In this document: piece after piece, positions 41,980-53,380 of the stretch | How positions within the stretch are numbered: position 1 is the stretch's first letter | Layout of the letters: each line of letters begins with the position of its first letter | Source of the DNA: an uncultured Clostridia bacterium | GTDB taxonomy: Bacteria > Bacillota > Clostridia > TANB77 > CAG-508 | NCBI GenBank assembly: GCA_944392545.1 | Contig: CALXWW010000004.1 | Coordinates: 28,487 to 92,486, forward strand | Length of the DNA stretch: 64,000 bases | Reading direction: 5' to 3' | Translations under genes and position numbers: made by a program | Notes under the pieces: generated by a model | What the model was told of the DNA's origin: nothing | Database searches by the model: none | The model's input: only the letters and a program-made list of their open reading frames with translations

Positions 41980-42771
41980 TTAAATTTCCCTATCCTCGTC
42001 AGTCTGTTTTAAATTCTCTATATTTCTTTGCAAAGTAATTCCTAATTCTTCTAGTTTTTCTTTTAGTCCTAGTATTCCTCCATTTTGTAAAGCAATCGTC
42101 CTCATTTTACTTTGTATCCTTTTTCTTAAGTTGATTGGAACTCCTCCTACCATTTCTCTTATAGCATTTAAGTCACTTTCTCTTTCTTGTAATATTCTCC
42201 TATATTCATTTAAATATTTACCAATTCCTTTTATATAGTCACTTTCGCTAAAAATGGTACTATAATTAGTTGCTTGTAAACTATTTTGTATTCTATTCAC
42301 AAAATTTATATTATATCCATAATTTGCTTTTTCAAAAGGAACAGCACTTCCGTATTTTTCACTAAATTTTCTTGCTTCTCTTTCCACTAATCCCTCTGTA
42401 TAAAAGCTTGCCATTTCTTTTTCTAGATTATCTTCCAGTCTAATTGCATCTGGTTGTATAAAATAATGAAAACATTCATGTGGTAATAATCTTTTACAAG
42501 TTCCTACTATTTCTTTATCCGACTCAAAATTTCTTACATCTGGATAAAAATGCACCTTTCCATCTCCTAAAGCTCTTCCTCCATGAGCAAGTGTATTATC
42601 TTTAAATTTACTTGTTCCTCTACTAACTATAACTACTTGCCCATTTAATAAATTATCTAGTATTTTTTTCTTTTCTTCACTCATAACATTATAATAGTCT
42701 TTTTTTATTAGTACTAAAATTCTCTTTGCTTCTTCATTTAGCTGTTCTTCTATTGAAACATAATTGGTCAT
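41980..42771 (-). CDS. Hypothetical protein with HExxH (PHECFHY) motif; putative metallopeptidase-like
   Basis: 263 aa, soluble. Single HECFH motif. No confident family assignment. Confidence 0.35.
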   Translation of the reverse strand: MTNYVSIEEQLNEEAKRILVLIKKDYYNVMSEEKKKILDNLLNGQVVIVSRGTSKFKDNTLAHGGRALGDGKVHFYPDVRNFESDKEIVGTCKRLLPHECFHYFIQPDAIRLEDNLEKEMASFYTEGLVEREARKFSEKYGSAVPFEKANYGYNINFVNRIQNSLQATNYSTIFSESDYIKGIGKYLNEYRRILQERESDLNAIREMVGGVPINLRKRIQSKMRTIALQNGGILGLKEKLEELGITLQRNIENLKQTDEDREI

Positions 42772-42869
42772 AATTAATCTCCAATTTTCTAAAATAACTG
42801 TACCTTTTGTTTTAATTGTACTGCTATTTATTCAACCTAAAAAATATATTAGTAAATTTTCTATAATAT

Positions 42870-43178
42870 TTATTCCTTAAACTTTATACGGTCACTATAA
42901 TATTTTTGAAATTTCTCTTTAAACATTTCATAAACTTGTGATGCTATATAATTATCAGGTTCTGGCTTATATAATGTTGCTGACTTATCTTTTGAATGCT
43001 TCAAACAAAAAATTTCAACCTCACTATCCAAAGAATATTCCTGAAGCATAACCGCATATTCTTTATCATCATAATTAACAATATCTAATAATTCATATTT
43101 ATGAACTTGTCTTTCATTGTCATATAATTCTATTATAACTTTATCATTTGAATTATTCATAAGTTTAGTCCCTTTCAA
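42870..43178 (-). CDS. DUF1292 (UPF0473) family small protein
   Basis: About 100 aa with the ELYDNE...YELLDIVNYDDKEYAVM pattern typical of DUF1292. Overlaps the upstream large gene by 14 nt. Confidence 0.55.
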   Translation of the reverse strand: MKGTKLMNNSNDKVIIELYDNERQVHKYELLDIVNYDDKEYAVMLQEYSLDSEVEIFCLKHSKDKSATLYKPEPDNYIASQVYEMFKEKFQKYYSDRIKFKE

Positions 43179-45993
43179 TATCTATATTTTTTTCTCTGTC
43201 ATTTACGCCTATCAAATTTTCATCGTAACCGCTTGCCAAGTCACCTTTTCTAGTACCTATAAATCCTTCAAAAACAGTAACATCTCTTCTTTTCTCAGAT
43301 TCCATCTCCGAAGCTCTTTTCATACTATCACTTATATGAGCATAATATCTAGTTTTAGGTTTATTACTTCTTTGGAACGATTTAATGTCTCTTTTTTTCT
43401 TAACTTGCATAGTATCTCTTTCACTTGTACCTTTTATATTAGAATCTTTAGACGTTTTTCCATTTTTTTCCTTTTCTTCTCTTTTTCTAGCATTTTCCTT
43501 TGCCATAAGTTTTAAAAGTTTAGGTTGTCTTCTTTGAATTGATTCTTGACTTCTTGTAAACCTTAAAAACTCGTTTAAATCTGATATTTCTGATGCTGTA
43601 AGTGCTAATTGTGATGCCAATACTAGTGGATTCACCTCTTTTGTAATATATTCATATTCAATTCCTGGCTTTAAAACATATTCCCCTGGAGTTGATATGA
43701 TTTCTCTTATCGTTTTGGTAACTTTTCTTGCAACTTCATGTGTTCCATTATTTATCATTTCCGGTACTATTTCCGAAGCATCAAGCCATCCCATTGGAAT
43801 ACCATCTTGAGAAGTAGATCTCCAAATATCAATTCCTGAAATTTTACCACTTATTATCATATCACTTATCTCATCTGTCGAGAATTGTTTTCCATATTTA
43901 TCTTGTATTATTTCTTGAATCAAAGATACTATAGGTGTATCATTATCTAAAGTTTGATCTAATTTAACATCTGTTAAAACCGTAGGATCAAAACCTCTTC
44001 CGTCTGAACCAGAACATAATTTCCCATCAAGTTCAAAAGCCAAGCCTCTAAAGAAAGATGTTTTGTCTTCTATTTGATTTCCTCCATAAGCATCATATGT
44101 CAAAAGCCCACTACCTTTAGAGTATATGTCATCTAACGTTATATTTCCAACAGCTTCTTTGTCCATACCTGGTACGGTGTCTTTAATTGTCTCTTCAATC
44201 TCTCTTTCAACTTCATTTGTTTTTCTAGGTATATATTCTATTTTGTCTGGTGTTTTTGTTTGATGTGCTATTTCTCCATAAATGTATTTGCTAATATAAG
44301 CACTTATAGCACCTTTAGCTGCGATTTTAAACCCTCTTATGAATGTAGACATGTTTGCTTTATTTGCTTTATCATGTTGTGCCATTGAAACAGCATCTGT
44401 TGAAATGCTATCCACTTCCATTCTTTCTGTTTCTGCTAATCTTCCTTCTAATTTTAGTTTGCATAATTCTCTTTGTTGTATTATTTGTGTTATCTTTGCC
44501 TTTTCCTCAGAATCTTTTGTTACTTTCTCTAACGATTTTAAATCTTCTATTTCCTTTTCGTATGATTTAATCCTGTTTATAGAATCTACTATTCTATTTC
44601 TTTTTTGCATCATTTGCATACGTCTTTCATTAGTAGCTTCTTCGATGTCATGTAGGCCTGCATTTAAAATTGCTTTATTTCCTTCCTTATAATCAGTAAT
44701 TGCTTTTACTCTTGGTATAATTGCTAATTTTATAAGTTGTCCCATAGTTACTCTTGGCACCTTTTTATCTGTTTGTTGCTCTTTATTCTCACTAGCTTGT
44801 CTTTGCATTTCTTCTCTTGCTCTAGTTATAAAATAATCTTTTCTAGCATGATATCTGTGAGATGGTTTGTTTTTAAACATACCTCTAGAATGTTTTTGAG
44901 ATGTTGCAAGCATATCTTCCATAGGTGTAATTAAATATCCTTCAACGCTCACCGGACCTTTAGATTTAGATTGTGTAACTTTCATGAGGGCTCTATAAAT
45001 AGGTGATGCAACATATGTTCCTATCGCTTTATTTATTGGCGCTCTTGTATGGTTTCTAACTTCAATAAAGAAATTCATAGTTTTAAGTCCAAATTTTTGT
45101 AAATTTGATTGTTCATCAGATATTTGAGCTTTTACAGCTTTTTCTCCATCTTTCCCCATTGTTTTTAAATTCTCTGATGTATTTTGGCGAGAATTATATG
45201 TATAGTTGTTTGTTTCTATAAATTCTGTGTCCTGGTCGATTAGTGCCTGAATTGCTTTTTTTTCAAATTTTGGATCTCTAAATGTAGAAATACATTCCAT
45301 AGTTTCTTTTTTAAATTTTTCTGCTTCTTCTGGATTAATAGAATGCATCTCTTCATATCGTTGCATAATTTCTTTTATTGCAGTTTTTTTTAATCTTTGA
45401 AATTCTCTTTGATATGGTGAGAAATCTCTTTGATGCGCTCTAGATAATCTTTCAAGTCTTGTTTGATATCCATCTAATAATAGTTCATCAGAATCTTGTG
45501 ACTTTTCTTTGTAATCTTCTATTGTATATACTTGTATCTTCCTTTTTGTTCCATCCTCATTATACACATCTATCTCTTCTTGAACCACATGTGACTTAAA
45601 TCTGTCGAATGCTCTTACCCTTGTAGCCTCTGCTTCTTTATTACCATAGTATTGTTGAAGCATCGTTTGTCTTGGTTTTCTAGAATTTTCTTTATCCTGT
45701 TCTGGAATTGATTCTAATTGTGGAATATCTATTAGTGGCGGTTCATTATATATAGTTTTTACCAACTTAACTGGAGTATATGGACCATCATCAAACATTC
45801 CATCTGCACCATTATCAAATTCAACTTCTATGCTATCAATAACGCTATCAATTTCTTCTGATTTCATTCCAAGACGAGAAAGCATACCTCTTTTTACTTT
45901 TTCGTCATCATTTTCTTTGCTAGTAGGAAATGGAACATATGCTTCCATATAATCTCCATCTGCAATTACAATTTTTACTACATCCCTTTTCAT
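43165..45993 (-). CDS. Large (942 aa) cytoplasmic hypothetical protein; no recognisable domain
   Basis: Long uninterrupted ORF, no signal peptide or TM helix. Charged coiled-coil-rich sequence. Translationally coupled to the DUF1292 gene. Confidence 0.5.
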   Translation of the reverse strand: MKRDVVKIVIADGDYMEAYVPFPTSKENDDEKVKRGMLSRLGMKSEEIDSVIDSIEVEFDNGADGMFDDGPYTPVKLVKTIYNEPPLIDIPQLESIPEQDKENSRKPRQTMLQQYYGNKEAEATRVRAFDRFKSHVVQEEIDVYNEDGTKRKIQVYTIEDYKEKSQDSDELLLDGYQTRLERLSRAHQRDFSPYQREFQRLKKTAIKEIMQRYEEMHSINPEEAEKFKKETMECISTFRDPKFEKKAIQALIDQDTEFIETNNYTYNSRQNTSENLKTMGKDGEKAVKAQISDEQSNLQKFGLKTMNFFIEVRNHTRAPINKAIGTYVASPIYRALMKVTQSKSKGPVSVEGYLITPMEDMLATSQKHSRGMFKNKPSHRYHARKDYFITRAREEMQRQASENKEQQTDKKVPRVTMGQLIKLAIIPRVKAITDYKEGNKAILNAGLHDIEEATNERRMQMMQKRNRIVDSINRIKSYEKEIEDLKSLEKVTKDSEEKAKITQIIQQRELCKLKLEGRLAETERMEVDSISTDAVSMAQHDKANKANMSTFIRGFKIAAKGAISAYISKYIYGEIAHQTKTPDKIEYIPRKTNEVEREIEETIKDTVPGMDKEAVGNITLDDIYSKGSGLLTYDAYGGNQIEDKTSFFRGLAFELDGKLCSGSDGRGFDPTVLTDVKLDQTLDNDTPIVSLIQEIIQDKYGKQFSTDEISDMIISGKISGIDIWRSTSQDGIPMGWLDASEIVPEMINNGTHEVARKVTKTIREIISTPGEYVLKPGIEYEYITKEVNPLVLASQLALTASEISDLNEFLRFTRSQESIQRRQPKLLKLMAKENARKREEKEKNGKTSKDSNIKGTSERDTMQVKKKRDIKSFQRSNKPKTRYYAHISDSMKRASEMESEKRRDVTVFEGFIGTRKGDLASGYDENLIGVNDREKNIDIERD

Positions 45994-46124
45994 TTCTTTT
46001 GTTCCTTTCTCGGAATTCTATATATTAATATATGAAACTCTCAAATTTATTTTTATAATTCAATCATTCTTTCGCATTCATTTATTTTTCATAGTTTCAA
46101 GTATTAAACTTTCATTAGAACTTA

Positions 46125-47639
<1,515 letters not shown>

Positions 47640-47867
47640 TTAAGCATTTATGCACTTTTCATACGATAAATATTATATACTATTTTACTATTTTTGTAAA
47701 CCAATTATTTAAAGAATTATTAGAAAGTAAACCTAATATATGTTTTACAAATTTATTATATTTGTGATTATAAAATCCATACAAAAAATATATACAATAT
47801 TTACATATTAATTTCATGTAAATTGTATATATTTTTCAATATTTATAAATAAATCTTTTATAAAGTT

Positions 47868-49490
47868 TTAACAAACTTTTCTCAATTCTTTTGCATGCGC
47901 TAGAGATATATCTGTAATATCTCCTGAAGAAATTCTAGCAATTTCTTCAACTGTTTCTTCCTCATTTAATTTTCTTATTTCTGTATATGTTTTATCATTT
48001 AACGTTTTTTTACTAATATAGTAGTTGAATTCTCCTTTTGCCGCTATTGAAGCAGAGTGTGTTACAACCATTACTTGATGATTATTTGATATTGTTCTTA
48101 ACTTTTCACCAACTGCTTTTGCAGCTTTTCCACTTATTCCTGTATCTATTTCGTCAAATACTAAAGTAGATACTTTATCTACTTCTGCAAGTACTGTTTT
48201 TATAGCTAGCATAACTCTTGACATTTCTCCTCCTGATGCAATTTTACAAAGTTCTTTTTCTTCTTCTCCTTTATTTGTACATATCATAAATTCTACTTTA
48301 TCTAAACCATTAAAATTGAAATTTTCAAGTTTTTCCAATGCTACTCTTAAAGTAGCATTTCCCATCTCTAAATCCTTTAATTCTAAATTAATCTTATTGG
48401 AAATAATATTGGCATACTTTATTCTTATTAGATTCATATTTGTACATAGTTCTAACATTTGCTTTTTTACTATCTCTTTTTCTTGTTTCAACTTATTATT
48501 TATCTCATCTACATTTTGTATTTCATTAATTTCCATTTCTAATTTTTCTTTATATCTTAATATTTCTTCTATACTGTTTCCATATTTTCTTTTTAATGAA
48601 AATATTTCATCTATTCTTTTTTCTACATTATCTCTTTCTTCTTCATCAAAAAATACATCTTCTTTCATGCTTGATATATCTCTTGTAAGTTCTTGTATTT
48701 CATAATATATGCTCTTTAATTCTAAAAGTTTTTCCTCATACATCTTTCCACATGATGAAATTTTTTCTAGACATCTTATTGAATTGGATACGCTTTCTAT
48801 GGCTTGATTACTTAAATTCTCATCTATTGCTTCTAAGTTTTCTTGTAGTTTTTGACAGTTTTTCATCAAATTATGTTCTTCATTAAGTTTTATATCCTCT
48901 CCTATTTTTAATTTTGCATTTTCTATTTCTCTTAATTGATAATTAAGTAAGTCTAATCTTCTTTCTTTTTCTTTGTCATCCCCATAATTCTTATCTAATT
49001 TGCTATTTATTTCGCTATATCTTTTATATAACTCTATATATTTAGATTTCAACTCCAATATTTCATTTCCTATAAAATCATCTAAGTATGTTATATGCTT
49101 ACTAGAATTTAATAAATTTTGATTGTCTTGTTGTCCATGTATATCTATAATATCTGACATTAACTCTTTCAATTCATTTACGGTTACTAGACGTCCATTA
49201 AATTTACATGAATTTCTCCCATTTGAATACACTTCTCTTGATACAATAATATTTCCATCTATTGAGTTTGGATTTTCTGGACAAAATATACTTGCTTCCA
49301 CAAAAGAATATTTCTCTCCATTTCTTATCATATCTTTTGAGAATCTTCCTCCTGCGATTATCCCTAAAGCACCAATTATCAAGGTTTTCCCTGCGCCCGT
49401 TTCTCCTGTAAGTATATTAAGTCCTTCATTAAAATCTATAGATAAATCCTCTATAATCCCTATATTTTTGATGTGTAATGTAGATATCAT
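47868..49490 (-). CDS. recN: DNA repair protein RecN
   Basis: MISTLHIKNIGIIEDL...GETGAGKTLII Walker A. Long coiled-coil. C-terminal signature region. Start at MISTL (GGAGG RBS). Confidence 0.9.
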   Translation of the reverse strand: MISTLHIKNIGIIEDLSIDFNEGLNILTGETGAGKTLIIGALGIIAGGRFSKDMIRNGEKYSFVEASIFCPENPNSIDGNIIVSREVYSNGRNSCKFNGRLVTVNELKELMSDIIDIHGQQDNQNLLNSSKHITYLDDFIGNEILELKSKYIELYKRYSEINSKLDKNYGDDKEKERRLDLLNYQLREIENAKLKIGEDIKLNEEHNLMKNCQKLQENLEAIDENLSNQAIESVSNSIRCLEKISSCGKMYEEKLLELKSIYYEIQELTRDISSMKEDVFFDEEERDNVEKRIDEIFSLKRKYGNSIEEILRYKEKLEMEINEIQNVDEINNKLKQEKEIVKKQMLELCTNMNLIRIKYANIISNKINLELKDLEMGNATLRVALEKLENFNFNGLDKVEFMICTNKGEEEKELCKIASGGEMSRVMLAIKTVLAEVDKVSTLVFDEIDTGISGKAAKAVGEKLRTISNNHQVMVVTHSASIAAKGEFNYYISKKTLNDKTYTEIRKLNEEETVEEIARISSGDITDISLAHAKELRKVC

Positions 49491-49591
49491 TCGTATTCCT
49501 CCTTGTTCTATGTGCAAATTTTTGTTTGTAAATTTACTGCATTTATATTACAACCATTTGTTCGTTTTGTCAAGAGGATTTTTATATTTTT

Positions 49592-49617
49592 TAAGTCACA
49601 ATTATAAAATTGTGACT
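49592..49617. promoter_or_regulatory. Perfect 11-bp inverted repeat (AAGTCACAATT-ATAA-AATTGTGACTT) in the recN upstream region
   Basis: Read directly. A degenerate Cheo-box-like CGAACAAATGGTTG lies at 49551-49564. Confidence 0.35.
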
Positions 49618-49899
49618 TTTAATATTTAATCTTAATATAGTTCATTTGCTTCTTGATTATTTATCCAATTTTTCTCTATACTGTATTCTATTTGATTTTT
49701 TCTTTCAGCTTCATTATCTATATTTTTTATATGATTGATTATTTTATTGTTCTTGCCCATATCTTTATTTACTTTTAAAATAATTTTTATTTAATTATCT
49801 TTTTTATACATTATCATTTTTTTCAGATAACCGGTTTTATAAAGTGATAACTGGTATAAAATAAACTATATAGCAGCAAGCTATATAGTTTATCTTCTT

Positions 49900-52233
49900 T
49901 TATGTTTCTACATTATACTCATATACAACTATTTCCTTTGTATCAAAGTCAAATTCATTCATTTTATAATTCACATAGAAATTATCTTCTTTTACAAATT
50001 TCAAATTTAACTTATTTGTATCTAATAATACTTCTGTTGATAAGTCCATACCAACTGGTAATGTTTTATTAAAATTATCATAAAACATTATATTGGTATA
50101 AAATACTGCTGGCGTGTTTTCCTTTATGTTTATTTTACAAAGTATTAATTTATTTTTTCTACTTCTTATTTCCTGTTCTATAGCATTTTTAGGATTTATA
50201 TCAAATATATGTATTCCTTCAATACCTTTCTTAGCATTTAGGCAATATACAGACATATCATATGGTGACTGTATCTTGTTTAGTGCTTCTTTTATTAATT
50301 GTAAATAACTGTGTATATTTAAAGTATATGCTTCTATATCTGTATCCATATTTACATTAAGTACTTTATACTTATCTTTTTCTATTTCTCTATGCTTAAC
50401 ATTATTTATAGCTTTAATTTTTGTTTTATCCTCTACTAGTCCTCCAAAAATATCATAGTCTTTAGCATTAATTATCTCTATATCGTTTTCATATTCTTTC
50501 TGCAATTCTTGTAAATCTTTTTCTATTGCTGACATTATCTTTTTCTTTCTAGTTTTTGTTTTTTGGTTCTCTTCCTCTTTAAGTTCTTTATTTCCCACAA
50601 CCTCTTGTTCTTCTAGTTCTCTAAAAGAATTTGGCACAATTTTTACAGCAAACATTGCATCAGTCTCATTTTTAGAAAGTTTCCTTCTTTGCAGCTCATC
50701 CATTTTTTTCCCTAAATCTTCTAAATCCTCATCGTAATCAAAATACTTTTTCATTTTTGTTTTTTCATTTTCTTCTTCCTCTTCCGCTTGAGCTAAAGTT
50801 TGCATTTCATCTTTACTTGTAAACTTCCAAAACTCAAAAATACTCTTTTTATGTTTATCTATTTCCTTTATATACAAATCTGCATTATCTATTTTTTTAG
50901 ATAATATTTCTTTTTTAGTTTCTATTGCTTTCAAATCAAGTATTAGGTTTGAATTTTCCTTTTTTACTTCTTCTAATTTTGTACATATATTTATTAAATC
51001 TTCTATTGTATATTGTTCTTTTAACTCGTATAAGGCTTCTAATGTTTCATCTTTCTTTTCTTCATTTTGTTCTCTTTTTTCTGGCTTTTTAATAATTTTT
51101 TCATCTTTCTTTTTTCTAAAGAAATATTTTACTCTACCAAAAAATGTTTTCTTACACTCTAAAAATGTTGCTATTTGTTTTTGTCTTAACAAATATTCTT
51201 GAGTCAAGTCTTCTATTACTATTTTAAATTTTGCTAATTTTCTTTTTAATTCTTTCTGTTCTTTTTCTTCATATTTTAGTCTATCTATTTTGTCTAAATA
51301 TTCTAATTTTATATATTCAGATAATTTGTCATATTCTATTTTTGTATTATTATTCCAAAACTCAATTTCTCCGTCACTATTAAGCTTTGTAACAAATTTA
51401 TATTCTTCTCTTGCACCTGTTGCTAATATAAACATAGCTTTTAGTATTTTATATAACTCTACTGCTTTTTCTTTAGTATCTAGAGTTATGCTGTAAGTAG
51501 TCCTCATTTTCTCATAAATATTAGTTTCCCCTACTATTTTTATAAACATGTTATTATCCTTATCAAATATTTCATAAATATTTGGCCACTCTTTCGTAAA
51601 ATACCATAAGTAATTTTCCATATCATCTATTTCAGATTTACTTAAAAATTCTCCTGTATATTCCATATGACTTACTGGAACGAAAATATATCTTGGTTTT
51701 CTGGCTCTTATGTTTTTTATTTGCTCTTTTAATAAATAAAATAAAGCATTATTATCTTGTTCTTCTGTTGCCACCAACATAAAATATTTTTTTGCATAGT
51801 CTGAATAATATATTTGCCAAATAAAGTTATTTGGATATTTTACTTCAAATGGTATTTTATCATTTAATTCTTCTTGTTCTTTCGATATTTCTTCTATTCT
51901 TTCTTTATTAATAGTTGATACTAATTTTATAAATTTAGCAAATTTTTCTATATTTTCTTCTTTCTCTGAATCTAAATATTCACAAATTGGACTAGACAAT
52001 TTATATCTTTGCTTTATATCTGTTAATCTATTTTCTGGAGTTATTAATATTTCTATTTCTTTTATATTCACATATCTATATACCTTATAGATTGTATCAT
52101 CATATGATTTAGAAGGTCTAAAATTAAGTCCTTCATATTTTTTTAGGAAGGATGGTATTTTGTTTAAATTTAGACCAATATATTTTAGATTTTCTTCAAA
52201 TGTTTTTTCTGTTTCTTTTGTAATTTTAGCCAT
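49900..52233 (-). CDS. Large (777 aa) coiled-coil hypothetical protein
   Basis: Uninterrupted ORF with GGAGGG RBS and a TGaTATAAT -10 element upstream. No P-loop, TM helix or known domain. Confidence 0.5.
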   Translation of the reverse strand: MAKITKETEKTFEENLKYIGLNLNKIPSFLKKYEGLNFRPSKSYDDTIYKVYRYVNIKEIEILITPENRLTDIKQRYKLSSPICEYLDSEKEENIEKFAKFIKLVSTINKERIEEISKEQEELNDKIPFEVKYPNNFIWQIYYSDYAKKYFMLVATEEQDNNALFYLLKEQIKNIRARKPRYIFVPVSHMEYTGEFLSKSEIDDMENYLWYFTKEWPNIYEIFDKDNNMFIKIVGETNIYEKMRTTYSITLDTKEKAVELYKILKAMFILATGAREEYKFVTKLNSDGEIEFWNNNTKIEYDKLSEYIKLEYLDKIDRLKYEEKEQKELKRKLAKFKIVIEDLTQEYLLRQKQIATFLECKKTFFGRVKYFFRKKKDEKIIKKPEKREQNEEKKDETLEALYELKEQYTIEDLINICTKLEEVKKENSNLILDLKAIETKKEILSKKIDNADLYIKEIDKHKKSIFEFWKFTSKDEMQTLAQAEEEEENEKTKMKKYFDYDEDLEDLGKKMDELQRRKLSKNETDAMFAVKIVPNSFRELEEQEVVGNKELKEEENQKTKTRKKKIMSAIEKDLQELQKEYENDIEIINAKDYDIFGGLVEDKTKIKAINNVKHREIEKDKYKVLNVNMDTDIEAYTLNIHSYLQLIKEALNKIQSPYDMSVYCLNAKKGIEGIHIFDINPKNAIEQEIRSRKNKLILCKINIKENTPAVFYTNIMFYDNFNKTLPVGMDLSTEVLLDTNKLNLKFVKEDNFYVNYKMNEFDFDTKEIVVYEYNVET

Positions 52234-52327
52234 ATTTACCCTCCATTCTTTTTTCGTTCCATATTATATCATAACTTATATCATTATTCTAGGATAATAT
52301 TTATTTTTTAATATTTTTTATTTGCTT

Positions 52328-52369
52328 AGAAAAGACTGCCTAGAAAATTATCTCTAGGCAGTCTTTTCT
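52328..52369 (-). terminator. Intrinsic terminator abutting the RelA/SpoT-domain gene stop codon
   Basis: Perfect 17-bp inverted repeat agaaaagactgcctaga-N8-tctaggcagtcttttct. The GC core stem is followed by UUUUCU on the minus strand. Confidence 0.65.
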
Positions 52370-52370
52370 G

Positions 52371-53228
52371 TTACAACAATCCGAACGGATCTCCGGATTT
52401 TGCTAAGCAAACCATGTCGCAGACATCTCCATTTTTTGAAGCATAAAAGCCTCTAATAGACAGTTTGGTAAAATCCAATTCAATATCTGCACCTTTATAC
52501 TTGCTTGTTTTGTATGGCAGGTGATTTGCAGAGCCATATTCCGCTCTGATATCCATTGCCAGCGTTCGCACTTGAATTTCGAATACTAGACCATCGCTCT
52601 TCCTAACAATTGTATGAAGGCTCTGGTAACCGTTTGCCTTTGGATTACGAATGTAATCCTTAACATTGGTTTCAAATCCAGGAAGTATCATATTAGTGTC
52701 TGGAATAACGATCTTTGCCTCTTCATTCGTCACATACGCATCTTTCAGAAGAGGCTCTGCTTCTGTCAGGATGCACCCCCGTTCCATCACAAAGTATTCA
52801 ATCAGTTTGTTTAGCACTTTATAGCAAAGGTTAACCGTTTCCAGTGTATCTTTACTTTCAGTGCACAAAATGATACGAAAACCAAGGAAGTCGTTGATTT
52901 TGTCAAGCGGTGAATTCTTGAGTAAGAATAAACGAATCTTCTCGTTTAATCCTACAAAATCCTTTTGTCTTCTTATGAGCCTAATCCTTATGCCATACAG
53001 TTCAGCAAGATCCCGCAGGTGTTCTTTTACTTCATGGAACTCTTCCTCGAGTTCGCGAAGCTTTGGTATTGCCAGCATATTCCGGAATTCCTCAAGCTTG
53101 TTGGCATAGAGGAAATTAGTAATAGATGGGTTTGATCGTAGAGTCTTTATATACTCTTCCCAAACCTCATCCATTGTAGTCGCTGTTTCCAGCACTTGTT
53201 GTAAGTCTGGGAAATAAATGTCTTCCAT
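52371..53228 (-). CDS. RelA/SpoT-domain (synthetase-only small-alarmone-synthetase-like) protein; compositionally foreign
   Basis: SYNTH motifs RRQKDFVGLNEKI, DFLGFRIIL, VKDYIRNPKANGYQSLHTIV and EIQVRTLAMDIRAEYGSANHLPYK. Gene is about 40% GC against a 25-28% background. No hydrolase domain. Confidence 0.8.
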   Translation of the reverse strand: MEDIYFPDLQQVLETATTMDEVWEEYIKTLRSNPSITNFLYANKLEEFRNMLAIPKLRELEEEFHEVKEHLRDLAELYGIRIRLIRRQKDFVGLNEKIRLFLLKNSPLDKINDFLGFRIILCTESKDTLETVNLCYKVLNKLIEYFVMERGCILTEAEPLLKDAYVTNEEAKIVIPDTNMILPGFETNVKDYIRNPKANGYQSLHTIVRKSDGLVFEIQVRTLAMDIRAEYGSANHLPYKTSKYKGADIELDFTKLSIRGFYASKNGDVCDMVCLAKSGDPFGLL

Positions 53229-53262
53229 CTGTACTCCTCCATTTCATTAATTTTATATGCAT

Positions 53263-53304
53263 GTGCATATACTAATATTATACCACATTTTCTTTGTATT
53301 AACA
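53263..53304 (-). promoter_or_regulatory. Sigma-A-type promoter of the RelA/SpoT-domain gene
   Basis: On the minus strand: TTGTTA-N17-TGGTATAAT (extended -10). GGAGG RBS 7 nt before the ATG. Confidence 0.55.
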
Positions 53305-53311
53305 AATTTTT

Positions 53312-53350
53312 CAAAAAAGAGTCTACATAATTTATATGCAAACTCTTTTT
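53312..53350 (-). terminator. Probable thrS terminator (A/U-rich stem, U tract)
   Basis: aaaaaagagt-N19-actctttttt. Confidence 0.4.
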
Positions 53351-53380
53351 TCTATATACTTTCTATTAGCTTTTCATTTT

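Noticed and set aside
47640-47867. Looked for a T-box or L-box leader upstream of lysS and dapF
   Set aside because: No AGGGTGGNACCGCG-like T-box core or lysine-riboswitch features were recognisable by eye.
53147-53341. 64-aa minus-strand ORF overlapping the 5' end of the RelA/SpoT-domain gene. Considered as a possible antitoxin.
   Set aside because: It begins inside the thrS terminator hairpin, spans the Rel promoter and RBS, and has no RBS of its own. It is a frame artefact.
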